This document shows positions 13,881 through 27,692 of a stretch of 64,000 nucleotides of DNA, piece by piece. The notes beneath the pieces were generated by a model. That model was not told the origin of the DNA and did not search any database. It worked only from the letters and a program-made list of their open reading frames with translations. Origin of the DNA: the human T2T-CHM13v2.0 reference genome, Homo sapiens. The stretch's first letter is position 1. Each line of letters begins with the position of its first letter. The stretch lies in NCBI RefSeq assembly GCF_009914755.1, contig NC_060929.1, one strand, 5' to 3'. The translations under genes were made by a program, and so were the position numbers.

Positions 13881-16130
13881 TAGAACAGTCTTTCTAACTT
13901 ATTAGCTGCAAGATTGGGACTTCTCCATAGTCTAGCCTCGGAGGGCCACTCTGAAAAAAAGAAAGGTCTTCCCTTCTGGGGACATGGGTTGTCACTTTAT
14001 GTAACAATTGTAAATTATATTACTCTCCATTTTCACTGCCTGCGTCTCTCATCACTATACTCTCTTATTCTTCATTTTAAAATGACAGATAAACGGGAAG
14101 TGAGCAATGATAAAATAGTTCAGAGATTATGTAATCAAAGGCAGAACTCAAACCATAAAACAAGTTGCTACAGTAAAACCACCAAACCCCAACTGAATAA
14201 AAACAACACCATGAGAAGCAAAGTCCTCTAACAAAATATGGTTCATTGAAACAAAAGTATTTTTGGAAGTGGAGCCAAAAGGCAATCCCCTGTGAGGGTC
14301 CCAATGACTTTCACCCTGAATACCTAGAAGAGGCTGAGACAGAGCTAACTACCATGGGCAGTCCATAATATGCAAAGCTCTTTACCCCACATACTGCCCA
14401 GTTTATTTCTTTCCCAATCAGTTGTGTACACATGATGTTCTTCCTTTCCCTTTTTCCTCCTTTAAATTGCTACGTTGCACAAATAATGTGTTTTAGTCAT
14501 CTTTCTGTCGCTGCAATACAGTGCTTTGCAATAAATGCTTATTGAATTAAAAATTCTAATTGGAGACTGTGCCATTAATACAGGTCTTTTTATTGCAAAT
14601 ACAGGAAGGTCTATTTATATAAACACAAACTAGTTTTAATAACCTGCTTTGGTAGGAGTTTCGTGCAGTAAATTGATTGTTAGAAGGCCATATTTTAAGC
14701 CTAATGTTTTGTTTATAACATTCTAATAAATAATAGGTGTCAATAATATGAATATTAGTCTGTAAAATTATGTTATTAAGTACTATTTAACTCTCACAAC
14801 CTTTCCTTCTTATTCCAATACAAAAAAAAATGTGGGGCAAATGAGGATTTAGCAATTATGCCTCTTATTTCTGCTCAACAAAAACAAAAAAATTAATTTA
14901 AATATATGTATTAACGCTTTTCATATTTCAAAATTATAATTTCTCTTTCAAAACAGAATGACAGCAAAAGGATTTCCTTTTATTTTCTAACCAATCCAGA
15001 TCGAGAGAAAACTAAACACATTTCCCACAGCACCTCCAGCCAGTAATCTTCACAGCTACTGAATTTTATCTAAATACATTTTCCTAAGACAGAAAGTAAA
15101 GAAATCAAAAGGATTTTTTAAGTCAAAAATACTGTACCCCAAGTTCCCTGGTCATTTATGTTAAGTACAAGAAAGGAAAATGTTTGGCATCCAAGCTTCC
15201 GTCCCCACTTCCCTTTATGTGTGAAAAAGTTCTCTCATTACAGTGATGATATTATAATAATAACAATCTGGAACCGTACATGTGTTCAAAGCACTCACAC
15301 ACATTATCTCCATCTAACTTCCATAGCAGACATATGAGATCACTATTATTATTATCCCCACTTTACAGATAGAGAAACTGAGAAGTGAAATAACTTGCTC
15401 AAGTGATTCACGTAGTTATTTCGAAGGTCTGAGCTTACAAGCACGCACACTGGAGCCATCTTTCCTTATATAACTCTGTTAGGTGGGTAGAAGCAGAAGT
15501 AAAGTAAATTTTTTTTCTTTTTTTTTTCTAAGCAAGTAAAATAATTCAACTGAAAGTTTTCAGGAAGTCCCTCCCAAAAAGGTTCATTCATGACCAAACT
15601 ATTATAAAAACTCTCCATGTCTAATGATTCCTATCTTTAGTGGCTGATCCATTTATCTTGCTTCTAAAATTTCCTCTAAATAGTACATTTTACTCAGGTA
15701 CTAGAGTTCTTTCTCCATTATCAAAACCCAAATTCATTGGCACACATAATTTAAAATATTTATATTTCCAATTATTTGATTCACATTGCACAGAGAGATG
15801 TTACAGGAATCCAAACATGAAGAATCTTTTGGATATAAGAAAATAGATAAGATCAACAACCAGGAAACATCTCATTCAGTTTTTAGAGTGTCTAATCTTA
15901 ATTCCACAGGGAAGAGAGTTAGGAGGATGGTTTATGCTATACCCACACATGGGGGGAAATGAAAACCAAGACATACAGGAAAAATGTCTAAGATTTTTAA
16001 ATTATTGTTTTTGTGTATATGAATATAAGTGATTTCTCCTCCTTTCTGTTGTTCTCTATATTCGTTTTAAAATAGAAAAAATAATCCTTATTTTACAAAA
16101 TTTAAGGCACCATCAATTTTTTTCATTTAC

Positions 16131-16433
<303 letters not shown>

Positions 16434-16439
16434 TAATTT

Positions 16440-17170
16440 GCTTTTGTTAGCCAATTTCAATGATGTATAAAGTACAATTTTACATACAATAAAATCACCA
16501 ATTTTAAGTACACAATTCAGTTAGCTTTGGCAAGTACATTCAGTTGTGTGACCATCACCACAATCATGATAGATAACTTTTCCATCATCTCAAAAAGTTC
16601 TTTTCTGTCCCTTTGCAGAGTCTCTTCACCCCTGGCCTTAGACAACTACTAGTCTGCTTTCAATAACAATAGTTTTGCCTTTTCTATAATTTAAAAATTA
16701 TATAATGTGAAGACCTTTGCATCCAGCTTCTTTAACTTTTAAGATTCATCCATGATGTCATATGTATATTCATAGTTTATCCTTTTTTGTTGCTGAATTC
16801 ATTATATGGACACATCATAATTTCTTTATCCAGTCACAGTTAATGGAATTTAGGTTGTTTCCAATTTGAGACTAGTATGAATATTTGCATACAAGCATTT
16901 CTTTGAATATGTTTTCATTTCTCTTGATTAAATAGCCAGAAATGGAATTGCTGGGACGTACACTAAGCATGTCTAACTTTTTAGGAAAGTGACAAATTCT
17001 TTTTCCAAAATAGCTGTATAATTTTGCATTTCTACCAGCAATACATGAGAGTTCCAATTGTTTCACACCCTTACCAACAACTGGTTTTGTCAGTCTTTTT
17101 CATTTTAGCCATTCTAGTAAGTATGTAGTGAGATTATGTTGTGGTGTTAATTTGCATTTGCTTATGACTG
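16440..17170 (-). mobile_element. Old L1M (MB/MC-like) 3' fragment
   Basis: Antisense L1 3' motifs (TTTTAGCCATTCTAGT..TAATTTGCATT; GGAATTGCTGGG); ORF 16872-17066 is a decayed ORF2 C-terminus. Confidence 0.8.
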
Positions 17171-17174
17171 ATCA

Positions 17175-17885
17175 TAAATGTAAGATGCCATTGATATTTA
17201 ATGTGCTACCAAAAAGAAAAACTCTTGCCAATTAAACAATTGCACAATGATGTTTTATCACTTAGAAATTTTATTTTATAGCTACTTCTTAAAGTTGTCT
17301 CAGACTTATTTAGACATAGACTTTTTTTCATATATCTCTCATGTATAAATTAAAAAGGAATATACAAGCAAAATTCATTGGTGAAGAAAATGCTAAAACT
17401 TCTTCAAATGTGGAGTTCCACTCTTCTAAATCCTTTTGGCACAGTTATCAGTGTTAGCGTTTTCCTTGTAACATCATCTTCTGTGTCCACAACAGCAGTG
17501 GAGAAGCAGCATTTTATTTTGGAGTATGCACCATTGTTGCTTCTGAAATTTTTCTTTAAGCCACTAACAACATTCTGCAAGCTTTGATGCTGACACATAC
17601 TTGATTTTATCAGACTGAATTGAATTTCTTAACAGAAAAGATTCACATTTTTTCTTCCTATGGCTTATAGACTGAAATGGTAAGGGGATTCAGCTGTGCA
17701 GTCATGCTACCAGCAATGACAAGTATGAGTGAACGTGAACAACAAATGGTAACTGAATCAGGACAGTTGCCCAAAAGTAGTTATTGTATAGATGTATTAT
17801 AGATTGTAAAGATCAATTGTAAGATACACCCCAGTTTCAGAAGAATATGTGAAAAGTGCCTCTTAGAAGCATAAAATATAATTGA
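17175..17885 (-). mobile_element. TcMar-Tc2 (Kanga/MER104-type) DNA transposon remnant
   Basis: Terminus TGTAAGATACACCCCAGTTTCAGA..GTGAAAAGTGCCTCTTAGAA; ORF 17404-17598 has KCCFSTAVVDTEDD, like the pogo/Tc2 transposase C-terminal KKCCI...DGTEDD motif. Confidence 0.6.
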
Positions 17886-18134
17886 AAATAAGCATGCTTT
17901 TTAAAAGTTGTCTTCTTGGTTTAGATCTGTGTTCTTCAATACATAAGACACACTCGTAAATGCTGCACTTCCATTATTTTTAAACTACATCACACAGTTT
18001 GACAAGTAATTACTCACAGTCATAAAATATGCTCCAGTGGTTTGTAAGTTAGTCTTCTCCCCACCCCCACTTGACTACAAAGTTCCTCCAGTTCAGGAAT
18101 TTTTCCTTTGCCTCCTCTCATATTGTTTGTAGCA

Positions 18135-18370
18135 TTAATTTCAAATTTTGTGTAATGACACATTAGAGTCATGAAATCATTCTGATGGGTCATGACCAGC
18201 ACTTTTTAAGCAAAGTAGAATAAAAATATGAGTGCAATACATAGTAAATGTAAGAACCATTCCATAATACTTTTGCTTTTTTAATTATATTTATATATGT
18301 GTGGACTACTTGTGGCATCAAATGTATTTCTTACAGAATGTCATAACAACAAAGGACTGAAAGACATTAC
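18135..18370. mobile_element. Non-autonomous hAT-Charlie-like element
   Basis: GTCATGAAATCATTCTGATGGGTCATGACCAGCA motif; degenerate ends. Confidence 0.45.
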
Positions 18371-19501
18371 TATAATGGCATTAGAAGCATTCAATAATAC
18401 CAATTAATTGATTTTTGCAGACTAAGCCAATTTTAAACTTTAAAAGTAGCCAAATATGATGGTCCAAGTCTTCAGAAGTTATTATCAGGATGATATACTT
18501 TTACCTTCTTTCAATGAGGATAATATAGGGAAAGCTCTTGCAATCCCTGTTTATCTATATAATTACCATAGAATAGATATATCATAGTTCCGTTTCTAAA
18601 GGAAAAAGTCTCAATTTCTGACTTGAAAATGAGAAAATCAGGGTTCTGCAGTCTGGTGTGGGTTCTGCAATCTGAACTGGACCCAGAATTTTGAGTCCCG
18701 GGAGGCTAGTTATTTCAAACCCTTTCAAACTGAGATTATTTAAATAATTATTCAGCCTTTAATTGAAAGAAAGCCCTCTCCTCAATTCTTCTATCAATAA
18801 ATCTTGCCCCCAATCTGCACAACCAAACCAAAGACACAAGGATTCTAGGGATAATCAGATCCAATCTCCCTAAAAAGCAGTTCTAGGATGATTTATTTGT
18901 AATTTCTCAAACACACCACTCAGTGTGACCTCACTGCACACACATGACTTATCAAAATATTTCTTCCAGTCAAATTTGGTAGTTCTTTCAGGGAAAAGTT
19001 CTGGTACATGCAATTTCTTCCATCCCTGTTTCAACAATTTCAGTAATGTTCAGCTTCCTGGCAACCTGCTGTCCTCCAGAGTTGCCTGGCTAACCTATCT
19101 CTTAATGCCTTCAATCTAACTCTGGTTGTCATAGGAAAACTGCCCTTGAGCCTGGAATTTTGAGTGCCTGGCCATGTCACACAACTGACCTTTGGCATTT
19201 TACTTAGACTCAGTGGGTTCCATTTTCTTCATCTGTAGACAAAATTAGCTCCCTGCCTTTATGTGCTCCAATGCTCTATCTAATGTCATGAGTTCATATT
19301 CTTGATGAGTAGTTTTCATATCTTCTCTAAGAAATAAGGGTTATGAGAGGTGAGGTATGAACGTTAAGACCATGCCATAAAAGTTCTGCTACAATCAGTT
19401 TTATTTGTTAAATGCATATAAGGTTTCATTAAAATAAAGGATTCTCTAGACAAAATAAATAAAGCATTATAGGCAATTGATTCATTTCAAATATTTGTTA
19501 T

Positions 19502-19834
19502 AGCCAGGTATGGTGGCTCACACCTATAATCCCAGCACTTTGGGAGGCCAAGGCAGGAAGATTACTTGAGCCCAGGAGTTCAAGACCAGCCTCAGCAACA
19601 TATGAAAACCCTGCCTCTACAAAACAACAACAACAAACAAATAAACAAACAAAACAATAGCCAGGGGTGGTGGCACACACCTGTGGTCCCAGCTACTTGG
19701 GAGGCTGAGATGGGTGGATTGCCTGAGCCCAGGAGGTTGAGGCTACAGTGAGCTGTGATCATGCCTCCAGCCTGGGCACCATGCCACTGCACTCCAGCCT
19801 GGGTGAAAGAGCAAGACCCTGTCTTAAAAAAAAA
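19502..19834 (+). mobile_element. AluJ inserted in an L2 end
   Basis: Alu body with a CAA-rich middle; TSD AATATTTGTTA at 19490-19500 and 19909-19919. Confidence 0.95.
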
Positions 19835-19841
19835 GTATATA

Positions 19842-19907
<66 letters not shown>

Positions 19908-19908
19908 T
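19835..19908. repeat. Compound microsatellite (TG)n(TA)~25(CA)n grown in the Alu tail
   Basis: Direct reading; lies inside the Alu TSD pair. Confidence 0.98.
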
Positions 19909-20554
19909 AATATTTGTTAAGTAAGATCCCAGACACTGTTCTAGGAGCTGGGATTTTCCTTGTGAATGCGACAGAGAACCACCCTGCCTTGGTGGATATT
20001 AAAGTGAATATTTATATGAAAGCAATTTTTATAAACTTGAAAGCACTACACAAGGTAATATGTTTACTTACATTAAGTGTATATAATTTTATTTTTAAAA
20101 GTCTTATTTTATCATTAAAATGTTTCTATCAGATCTAGTATTGGTACAGTCCATAAGAAGAACATAACTGAAAATATCAATATAATCAGTTGGAAAAGAA
20201 AAACCTTTTGTAACAAGAACTGAATTTCTGTAAAATATATCTCACTAAATGAGTTTAACAAAGATATTACAGCATTTCCTTTCAAATAAGGAACTGCTGA
20301 TCATCTGTGAGATAAAAATCATGAAAACAGAGACTGAATATAACAGAACCTGCCAATATTAATCTGACCCTTAATATCCATCTCTTCCACAACACTGTAA
20401 ATCCCTTCAGGGAGTTTGTCATGAAGATACATACATCTATCATGCATTTAGTTCTCTCACAGCACCTACAATAAGACTTTCTTATACATTGGCTTAATGA
20501 ATGAAACATGCCAGGCACTCAACTCTGGGAGCTAATACTCTACTGCCACCACCA

Positions 20555-20682
20555 TGGTAAGTAGATGACACCAGTTTACCCAAACTAGTTCCAGTGTAAG
20601 CCTGTTGCAGGATAACTATTAACAGTGCCCCTTTCACTCACAGAAGTGTCATGTTTTGCAAGATAAATCATGCGTTTGCCCT
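20555..20682. mobile_element. MER94-like hAT-Blackjack MITE
   Basis: CCAGTTTACCC..TATTAACAGTGCCCCTTTCACTC..AAGTGTC..GATAAAT..GCCCTA. Confidence 0.6.
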
Positions 20683-22589
20683 AATTATAGGACTTAGTCA
20701 TGTTTATCCTACTATTTAATTGCTTTTAAGGCAAAGAATTCAAGAACATTCTAGCTTCGTTTCCTGATTTTATTTTGCTCTGTAAGCTAGAAGAATAAGT
20801 GCAGATCCTGATAAATGCATTCCTGTTTCACTCTCATCACAGGACCTGTGGGGACTCTCCTTAGGGAGAGTGTATATCTTTTAGAGACCAAGCTAAACCA
20901 CAAGCAAACCTTGCCCTACGAAGACAAGGCCACCAAGAAACTTGACTGAAAGGCAAGAAGTCTCAAGATTCCCCCATAAATAAAGATATGACCTGGAGGG
21001 AAAACTTTATCTCAATCCTGGTGATCCTAAACATCTATTAGGTGGATAAACCATGCTGCCTGCTACATCCAGGGATTTGGGAGGACAATTGAATCACATC
21101 TGTTAATTACTTTGAATTCCAGAGAAATTCCTGACATTGTTAGAAGAATGTTACAAAGGTCAGATGGTAGGATAATTTTTCTCTAGTTATAACTTCAGGG
21201 AAATTACCCCAATCTAGAGTTCTACTTCCATCAAATGTGCAAAATAATAACCCAATAGCACCCTTTTTGACTTTACCCCTCTGCTCTCTCACAACCCTGT
21301 GAACATGCATGGGGAGGCAAGAGCTTGGGGCAAATGGTGGCACGCAGCAACTATGTGAGGGAAATGCCGGTAAGAGATGGCCAAGTTTTGAACATAGAGA
21401 ATGACCTTGAAGATAAAGTAAAAGCAGCCTACATCCTTTGTGTTTATATAAATAAAGTCCAGATCAGGACTGTCAGTCAGGGACTTCTGATTTCTAATCT
21501 TCCTTCTACTCTGGGCCTGGTAGTGATATAGGCAATTAAGTGGAAGCCCCAACAATGTACCAGATGTCCTGAAGAGGAGGTCCAGAAAAGGAAACATTGC
21601 CTCCCTTCTTCCCAAACTGAGGTTAATTCCTGTCCAAGCCTGAAAGTCCAAAATTAGATTTAAAAAAGAGTTCTGGAGGCATCAAACTGACCCCAGGGAA
21701 AGTGTGAAGCTAAATGCCCACTTAGGGTACTCTCAGAGACAGGTTTATGTCACCCTGGACTTATATAAGATAGGACAGATATCCCCAATTTAATTCTGAT
21801 ATAGGTTAACATACCTATCTGCCTTTCTTTCTCCTTCTTTTATAGTTCATACTTCTTAGCTATCCCACTTCCACACCCAACAGTGACAAGTCATTTAACC
21901 TCTTCATATTTTAGTTTCCTCATAGGCAAAATCAGTGAGGCAGTTGAGAGAGGGATAGGGACTACATTTAGACAAAAACTACCCTAGAGAAGCCCTGTAT
22001 TTCTTCATGAAGCAGAGGCACAGCTACCAACTCCCTGCACCTAATCACTCTGCAAAGTGTGAAGAATAAAGTGAAAGCGACCTAAGGCACCCACATCAAA
22101 GGCAAGCTAATTCTGTTGCTACAACAAAGGATGGTTATAGTATAATTGGAGCTGTGCAGGGTTCCATAAAACAATTCATTTATGCATAATACTCATTGCA
22201 GGTCCTTCCCAGTCTGTTTTCCCTCTGTCTCCAAGTTGGGGCTATAGGAGTCAAAGAGAATTGCCTACTTATAGATCCCAAACAACTTGCCCCCATCTGC
22301 CATGCCTATAGAAAGGGAGATCCGGAAGTTGAGAGCCTGGATCTAGCACACTCTCAAACAAGAATCAATTCTATGATCTTGGGGCAGTCTTTTAACTTCC
22401 TGGACCAATTTTCTCTCCCAATGCCAATGAAGGGTTTTGTCTCCATTCTCCATTAACTTTAAGATTATTTCTATTCAAACATCTCCAATTGCCTGAGACT
22501 TTTTATGTTCTTTTATATCTCCTCCTTTCTGTCTTCTTACAGTTGTGTTTGTGCTCCCATGCTCCTGTATTTATAATCATCTGGCAGAG

Positions 22590-22770
22590 GCATAATAGAT
22601 CAGAGGTTAAGAAGCACAGCCTTTGGCATTAGAAAAACCAAGATTCAAGGTTCAATCCTGCTACATAAAAGCTGTGTAACTTCAGGTAAGTTATCTTTCC
22701 TTATCTGTAAAATGAGATTAATAATAGTGCCTACCTCACAGGGTTGTAGAGATATTACATGCAGAATGCT
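22590..22770 (+). mobile_element. MIR SINE
   Basis: GGTTAAGAAGCACAG..TCTGTAAAATGAGATTAATAATAGTGCCTACCTCACAGGGTTGT. Confidence 0.8.
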
Positions 22771-22777
22771 TGACACT

Positions 22778-23220
22778 TATTCATTCAGTTATTCAAGCAC
22801 CTACTTTGCAACAGGCACAGTGCTGGACCCTGGGAATACAGCAATGAGCAAAACAGATGAGATCTCTGCCTATATGGATGTTACTATCCAATGGGGAGTG
22901 AGTTCTTGAACAAGTCATTGCTAAAGTCCAAGAGTGATACATCCTATGAAGGAACCATCTGGAGGGGTGCAGAACAATGTAGCAAGGAAATTAATTTTGG
23001 TGGAAACTTGGCAAGAAAATCTTCCTCAAGAAAACTTTAAGTCTGAGTAGAACGGGGGCCAAGGAAAGAGTGGGAACAAGACCCCAAGCAAGGTTGGGGA
23101 AGGGCTCATGGGAAACCCTAAAGCTGGAAGGAGTGGCCATGGCCAGAGATGCTGAGTACAAAAGTGGCTAGAGAAGTAGGCAGAGGTTTCATCTTGCAGG
23201 CAGAGCAGTCACACAGAGGT
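22778..23220 (-). mobile_element. L2 3' fragment
   Basis: TTCATTCA..AGCACCTACT..CAGGCACAGTGCT..GGGAATACAGCAATGAGCAAAACAGA, the reverse of an L2 tail. Confidence 0.7.
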
Positions 23221-23807
23221 TGGTTGTTGTCATTATTACCATCCCCACAAATTTAACATATCTAAAATGAAATCCATCTTTTAACCTAAAGCAATTCCTC
23301 CCTCCTACCTTCCCCATCTGTTATCATGGCAATGTTATTTTGATGGTTTTCATATTTTAAAGTCCTCCTTGGTACTTTTATCCCCTTAGCACTTTCATTC
23401 ATTTATTCCACAAGTTTTAAGTACCTACTTTGCTAAGAGCCTAATTTATTATTTCAACTTTTCCGAGTTTCTTCCTCTCTATGCTCTTGTTTCTATTCCA
23501 ACAGCTCCTGCCCAAGGCCTTGTTACCTCATGCCTGAGTTATCTTCATTCTATATCAACTCTAAGAACCCCTGACCACAGACTGAACAAAATACTGCTTT
23601 ATCCATCTTTATTACTGCTCAATAATATTAATAATAATAATAATAATGGCCTCCCATCAATCTTCAGGTGAGATCAGTCTTCAGAGTTCTTCAAGATATT
23701 CCCTGCCTCTCCTCAGGCTGCTCTGCATGTAGGATGAAGAACTTCCATTCTCTTCAAACTGACCTCCTTTGTCCTCCAAACACATGAGACTCATTCCACA
23801 CTCCAAG

Positions 23808-23968
23808 CCAGTTCTCAATCCATGAGGCCCATTGTAATCACCTAAAAAGTGCCTAAAATACCCATGCTTGTACCCACCTCTGGAGATGCTGGAGAGGACC
23901 TCAGTCATCAGAATTTTTTTAAGCATGCTGGGTGACTCAAATGTGCAGTCAAGGTTGAGAACCACTGC
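23808..23968. mobile_element. MER5A MITE
   Basis: CCAGTTCTCAATC...CAAGGTTGAGAACCACTG terminal inverted repeats. Confidence 0.75.
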
Positions 23969-24681
23969 TCTATGCATCCTGCCTGCTGTATCCCTGCCTA
24001 AGATGCCTATTCTTCTTCCCTCCCCCACCCCTTCTTCTGTGTCCTTGTAGGTTCAACAATTCAGACTGTCCCTGTCTTCTACTGATCATCTGGATTCCAA
24101 CTTTCTCAAGACCCTTAGAGTATTAGTGGTTTGAATCAGTTGTTTTAGCAATAAAAAAGCTTTACACTAAGTGGGCATCCTAGAACTCAGGACCTCTAGT
24201 ATATGATGAAATAAAAAGATTAGTGTGAGCCAGTCTTGGAAATTTATGATTATTTATAAGATTTTATCTCTAGAAAAGTAAGTCCTCCCTTATTGAAGAA
24301 TCTAACAACCATCAGGAGAATGCACTCAGATTTCTAATGTGGCACACCAAGCACACAACCCTGCCTGTCTTTACTGCCCTTGCCACTCTACAGGAGTAAG
24401 AAATATCATGTCGCTAATATCTCACATGCTGGCAAAGACAGAACAAATTTTTCAAGGCCCTGGTGTCGGTTTTCACATCCTTTGGCACCTACTGGAGTCC
24501 CTCGTAGTGCCTTCCCCTTTGCTGAATATGTAGCAAATGTGCAATGTTAAATATTGCTAATTGTCCTCATCTTGGAATGAAGCACTTCATATAAATGGTT
24601 TTTCTAGAAAGCTAAAATTTACCTCTTTGAATACACAAGTTTTTTGCCTTATCCATTTTATTATAATACATCCTTACTTAC

Positions 24682-24775
24682 CTTTGAACAGAGTAAATGG
24701 ATTGAAATCACTTCTTAGCCACTCAGAACCGTTATCATGAGTCAGCAAGAGAGCTATGTAACATCATATAGATGC
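24682..24775 (-). other. Candidate exon (94 nt)
   Basis: Minus strand: aaccctctcag|GCATC...CAAAG|gtaagt; splice motifs only. Confidence 0.25.
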
Positions 24776-24834
24776 CTGAGAGGGTTTTTAAAGTATCAAA
24801 ACACTTCCCTCATATATATTCAGTTATCTGATAC

Positions 24835-25262
24835 TGATATCGTTTGAATGTATGTCCCTGCCAAATCTCATGTTGAATTGTAATCCCCATTGTTGGTGGT
24901 GGGGCCAGGTGGGAGGTGTTTTGATCATGGTGGTGGATCTCTCATGAATGGCTTGGTCAATTCCCTGGGTAATAACTCTAGCTCTGAGTTCACATGAGAT
25001 CTGGTCATTTAAAAGTGTATGGCACCTCCCCGCAAACTCTCTCATTCTGTTGCTTCTGTTTTCACCATGTGAAGTGCCTACTCCTGCCTCGCCTTCCACC
25101 AGGATTTGAAAGTCACTGAGGCCTCTCTCCAGAAGCCAGGCAGATGCTGGTGCCATGCTTCCTGTACAGCCTGCAGAACCATGAGCCAATTAAATCTCTT
25201 TTCTTTATAAATTACCCAGTCTCACATATTTCTTTATAGCAATGCAAGAATGACCTAACACA
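24835..25262 (+). mobile_element. MSTB-like solo LTR (MaLR)
   Basis: TGATAT..CAAATCTCATGTTGAATTGTAATCCCCA...TTTATAGCAATGCAAGAATGACCTAACACA. Confidence 0.9.
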
Positions 25263-25324
25263 CAGACATAAACACTTGGCATGTTTATGCCAAAGGGAGG
25301 GGAGGAAAAACTTTGAAGACTTAC

Positions 25325-25547
25325 CAAGTCGTGAATGTCTACCTTGTGCCTGAACCTTGCTGTGTATGCTCCCATGTGACTCACACCTGAATCTTTCTGT
25401 GTATATTCTGTGTGATCTGGATGAAAGGTTGAGGGTGACTCCTCTTTTGACCCCATTACAGCGTACTTAAATTCAGTGATGGATATCTTTCTTACTGTTA
25501 GAGTCATCTTTGTTTCATGGATCATTAACCCCAAGGTGACCAGAAGC
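25325..25547 (-). other. Candidate exon (223 nt, one frame open throughout)
   Basis: Minus strand: cattcactttatttcag|GCTTC...GACTTG|gtaagt; unique sequence; 74 open codons (part of ORF 25205-25534). Confidence 0.35.
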
Positions 25548-26974
25548 CTGAAATAAAGTGAATGTGTAGAAGGGATCTTCTTGTTAGGGAATAGGTTTTT
25601 TTGTATTGATTATGCAAGTGATTCTAGTCCTTGGTAGGAAATTTCCCATAGGCAATGACCTACAAAACAGTATTAGATCTAACATCCCCACCCCAATCCT
25701 AACAATAGAACATAAAAATCTAAGTAGCCCCTATATTGCACTTAATACCTGTTTGGAATTAACGGTCATAGTCTTGGAACATTTTCTAAAGCTTTGCTTG
25801 GGGCCCAAAATACATAGTTAGGTTCTTGAATGTATTCCATGACCCTCAGATGATAAAGGCTTATAATCCCCTGGTTATAACCTTATACACAAGCTCCTGG
25901 AGGCTTTAAAATACCCATCACATCCCAAAATAAGACATGCCTTAGATTTAGGCCAAAGTAAGCACCCATATCTGCATATTTCAGCAACAACAGTAAGATT
26001 TATTTGCCCTATTTGATAATTTTCTGATTGTTAAATTTGTGTTAAGTATTCTAACATATATATTTTCTTCCTACTTGAAGCTATTATTCTTTCTCAAAGA
26101 AAAGTAAAAAACAAAAGCTATTTCTACATCTACATCACTGTTATGGCATCTTTCTATCTGCAAGTAAATCCTTGTGAATTTTGTGGGCAGTTCATTGGTA
26201 GCTCCTCTCTCTCTAGCTCTCTGTCTCTCTTTCTCTCTCTCCCTCCCACCACCTTCTCTCTCCCTTAGTTGTTAGAAACTTGAAATGAAAATGAATCAGC
26301 AGTAATGACTGCTGCACTTAAGGAAATCTATGCTCTGGTTTATAATTTATGTATTGGGTCCTGAAGGAGCTTAAGTACTTAACCCCCAGTTTATGATGAA
26401 ATTATGAGTAACGGCATCTCTCAATTTGTATCTGATTCAACTTGCTAATTTTATCCAAATCGAATGTCTAAATTTAGTTCCCAAGCAACTTTCATTTCAC
26501 CAGCATTTTAATCTCTGAATGTGGAGCTGCAATAAAATATTTGTGTTTATCCAAAATGCTTTATTTCTACTTTCAAGAAAAACCATAGCATAGTATCTTT
26601 GATAGTCTCAGAAAACTGTACGGCTCTACCTGATGGTAAGCAAGATTACCCCAAGGAGTTCTTTCTCAGGGAGCTATGTCAAGGGGAGGAGGAAATGGAG
26701 AAGAGAGTAATCACACAAGAGACACATTTGTTGATCTGGTGTATTAGTAATCAACTAAACATTTTCAAAATTATCTAAGGATAATTTTACTCATGTCTTT
26801 CCTATCACCACATCAAATCCAAACTTTTCTATTTGGTTTTTAAGATTTGGCTCTGTCTTTTCCATCTAAACATATCTTCCCACTTCTCCCCAAAATAAAG
26901 TGCCTGCCCCATTGGGTCCCACACAAATTCTGCTCACTTCTACCTCTGTCACTGTGTGACTTGATTAGCTAAGA

Positions 26975-27130
26975 GGTGAGTGCGTAGTGGAAAGAACCCT
27001 AGACTAGAAGATGGGAGGTCTGGATTTTATTCTGTTTTTGCTAATAAACAAGCTGACTTTGCTATGTTACATAACTCCTCTGAACCTCAGCTTCCTCATT
27101 TATAAAATGAGAGAGTTAGCTTGATACTGT
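26975..27130 (+). mobile_element. MIR SINE
   Basis: GTAGTGGAAAGAACCCTAGACT..CTCTGAACCTCAGCTTCCTCATTTATAAAATG. Confidence 0.7.
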
Positions 27131-27169
27131 CTGATTACATTACTTTTTAGAGCATTCTCTATGCCTACA

Positions 27170-27380
27170 TTATTAACCTAAATATTCTTTTAATTCCACA
27201 GTACTTATTATCATGGAATATATTTTTACTTATAGATTTTTTTTCTTACTTGTCTGTATTAGAATGCAAGCTCTATGTGGGCAAAGATGTTTTCCCATTT
27301 TGTTCACTACTGTATTCCCAGAGCTTAGAAAAGTTCAATGCATCAATGGACACTAAATATTTGTTGAATGAATTAATGCG
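27170..27380 (+). mobile_element. L2 3' end
   Basis: TTGTTCACTACTGTATTCCCAGAGCTTAG..AAATATTTGTTGAATGAAT. Confidence 0.75.
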
Positions 27381-27692
27381 TTAAAGAATCATAGATATTA
27401 TTCTTCCTTAAAGATGCTCTGCAGATTGAGTTTTTTTCCATCAAACTCTGCTGACTATTTCAAACCCACATTTCTCCCTTCCATGCACTTCTAAGGCAAT
27501 TATGGTTAGTTGCATAGTTTGGCATTTAAGAATTCTCTTAATATTTCAGGTAGATCAGTACTAATTTCCTTTTTTAAGATTATACATTTCTGACATTTTG
27601 GGCTAGATGTTTTAAAAAGAGTATAGATTTCTTGGGGTCAAGGGCTCTAGCCTATCATATATTTGCTAGGTATTTGATCAATTAAATTTCTT

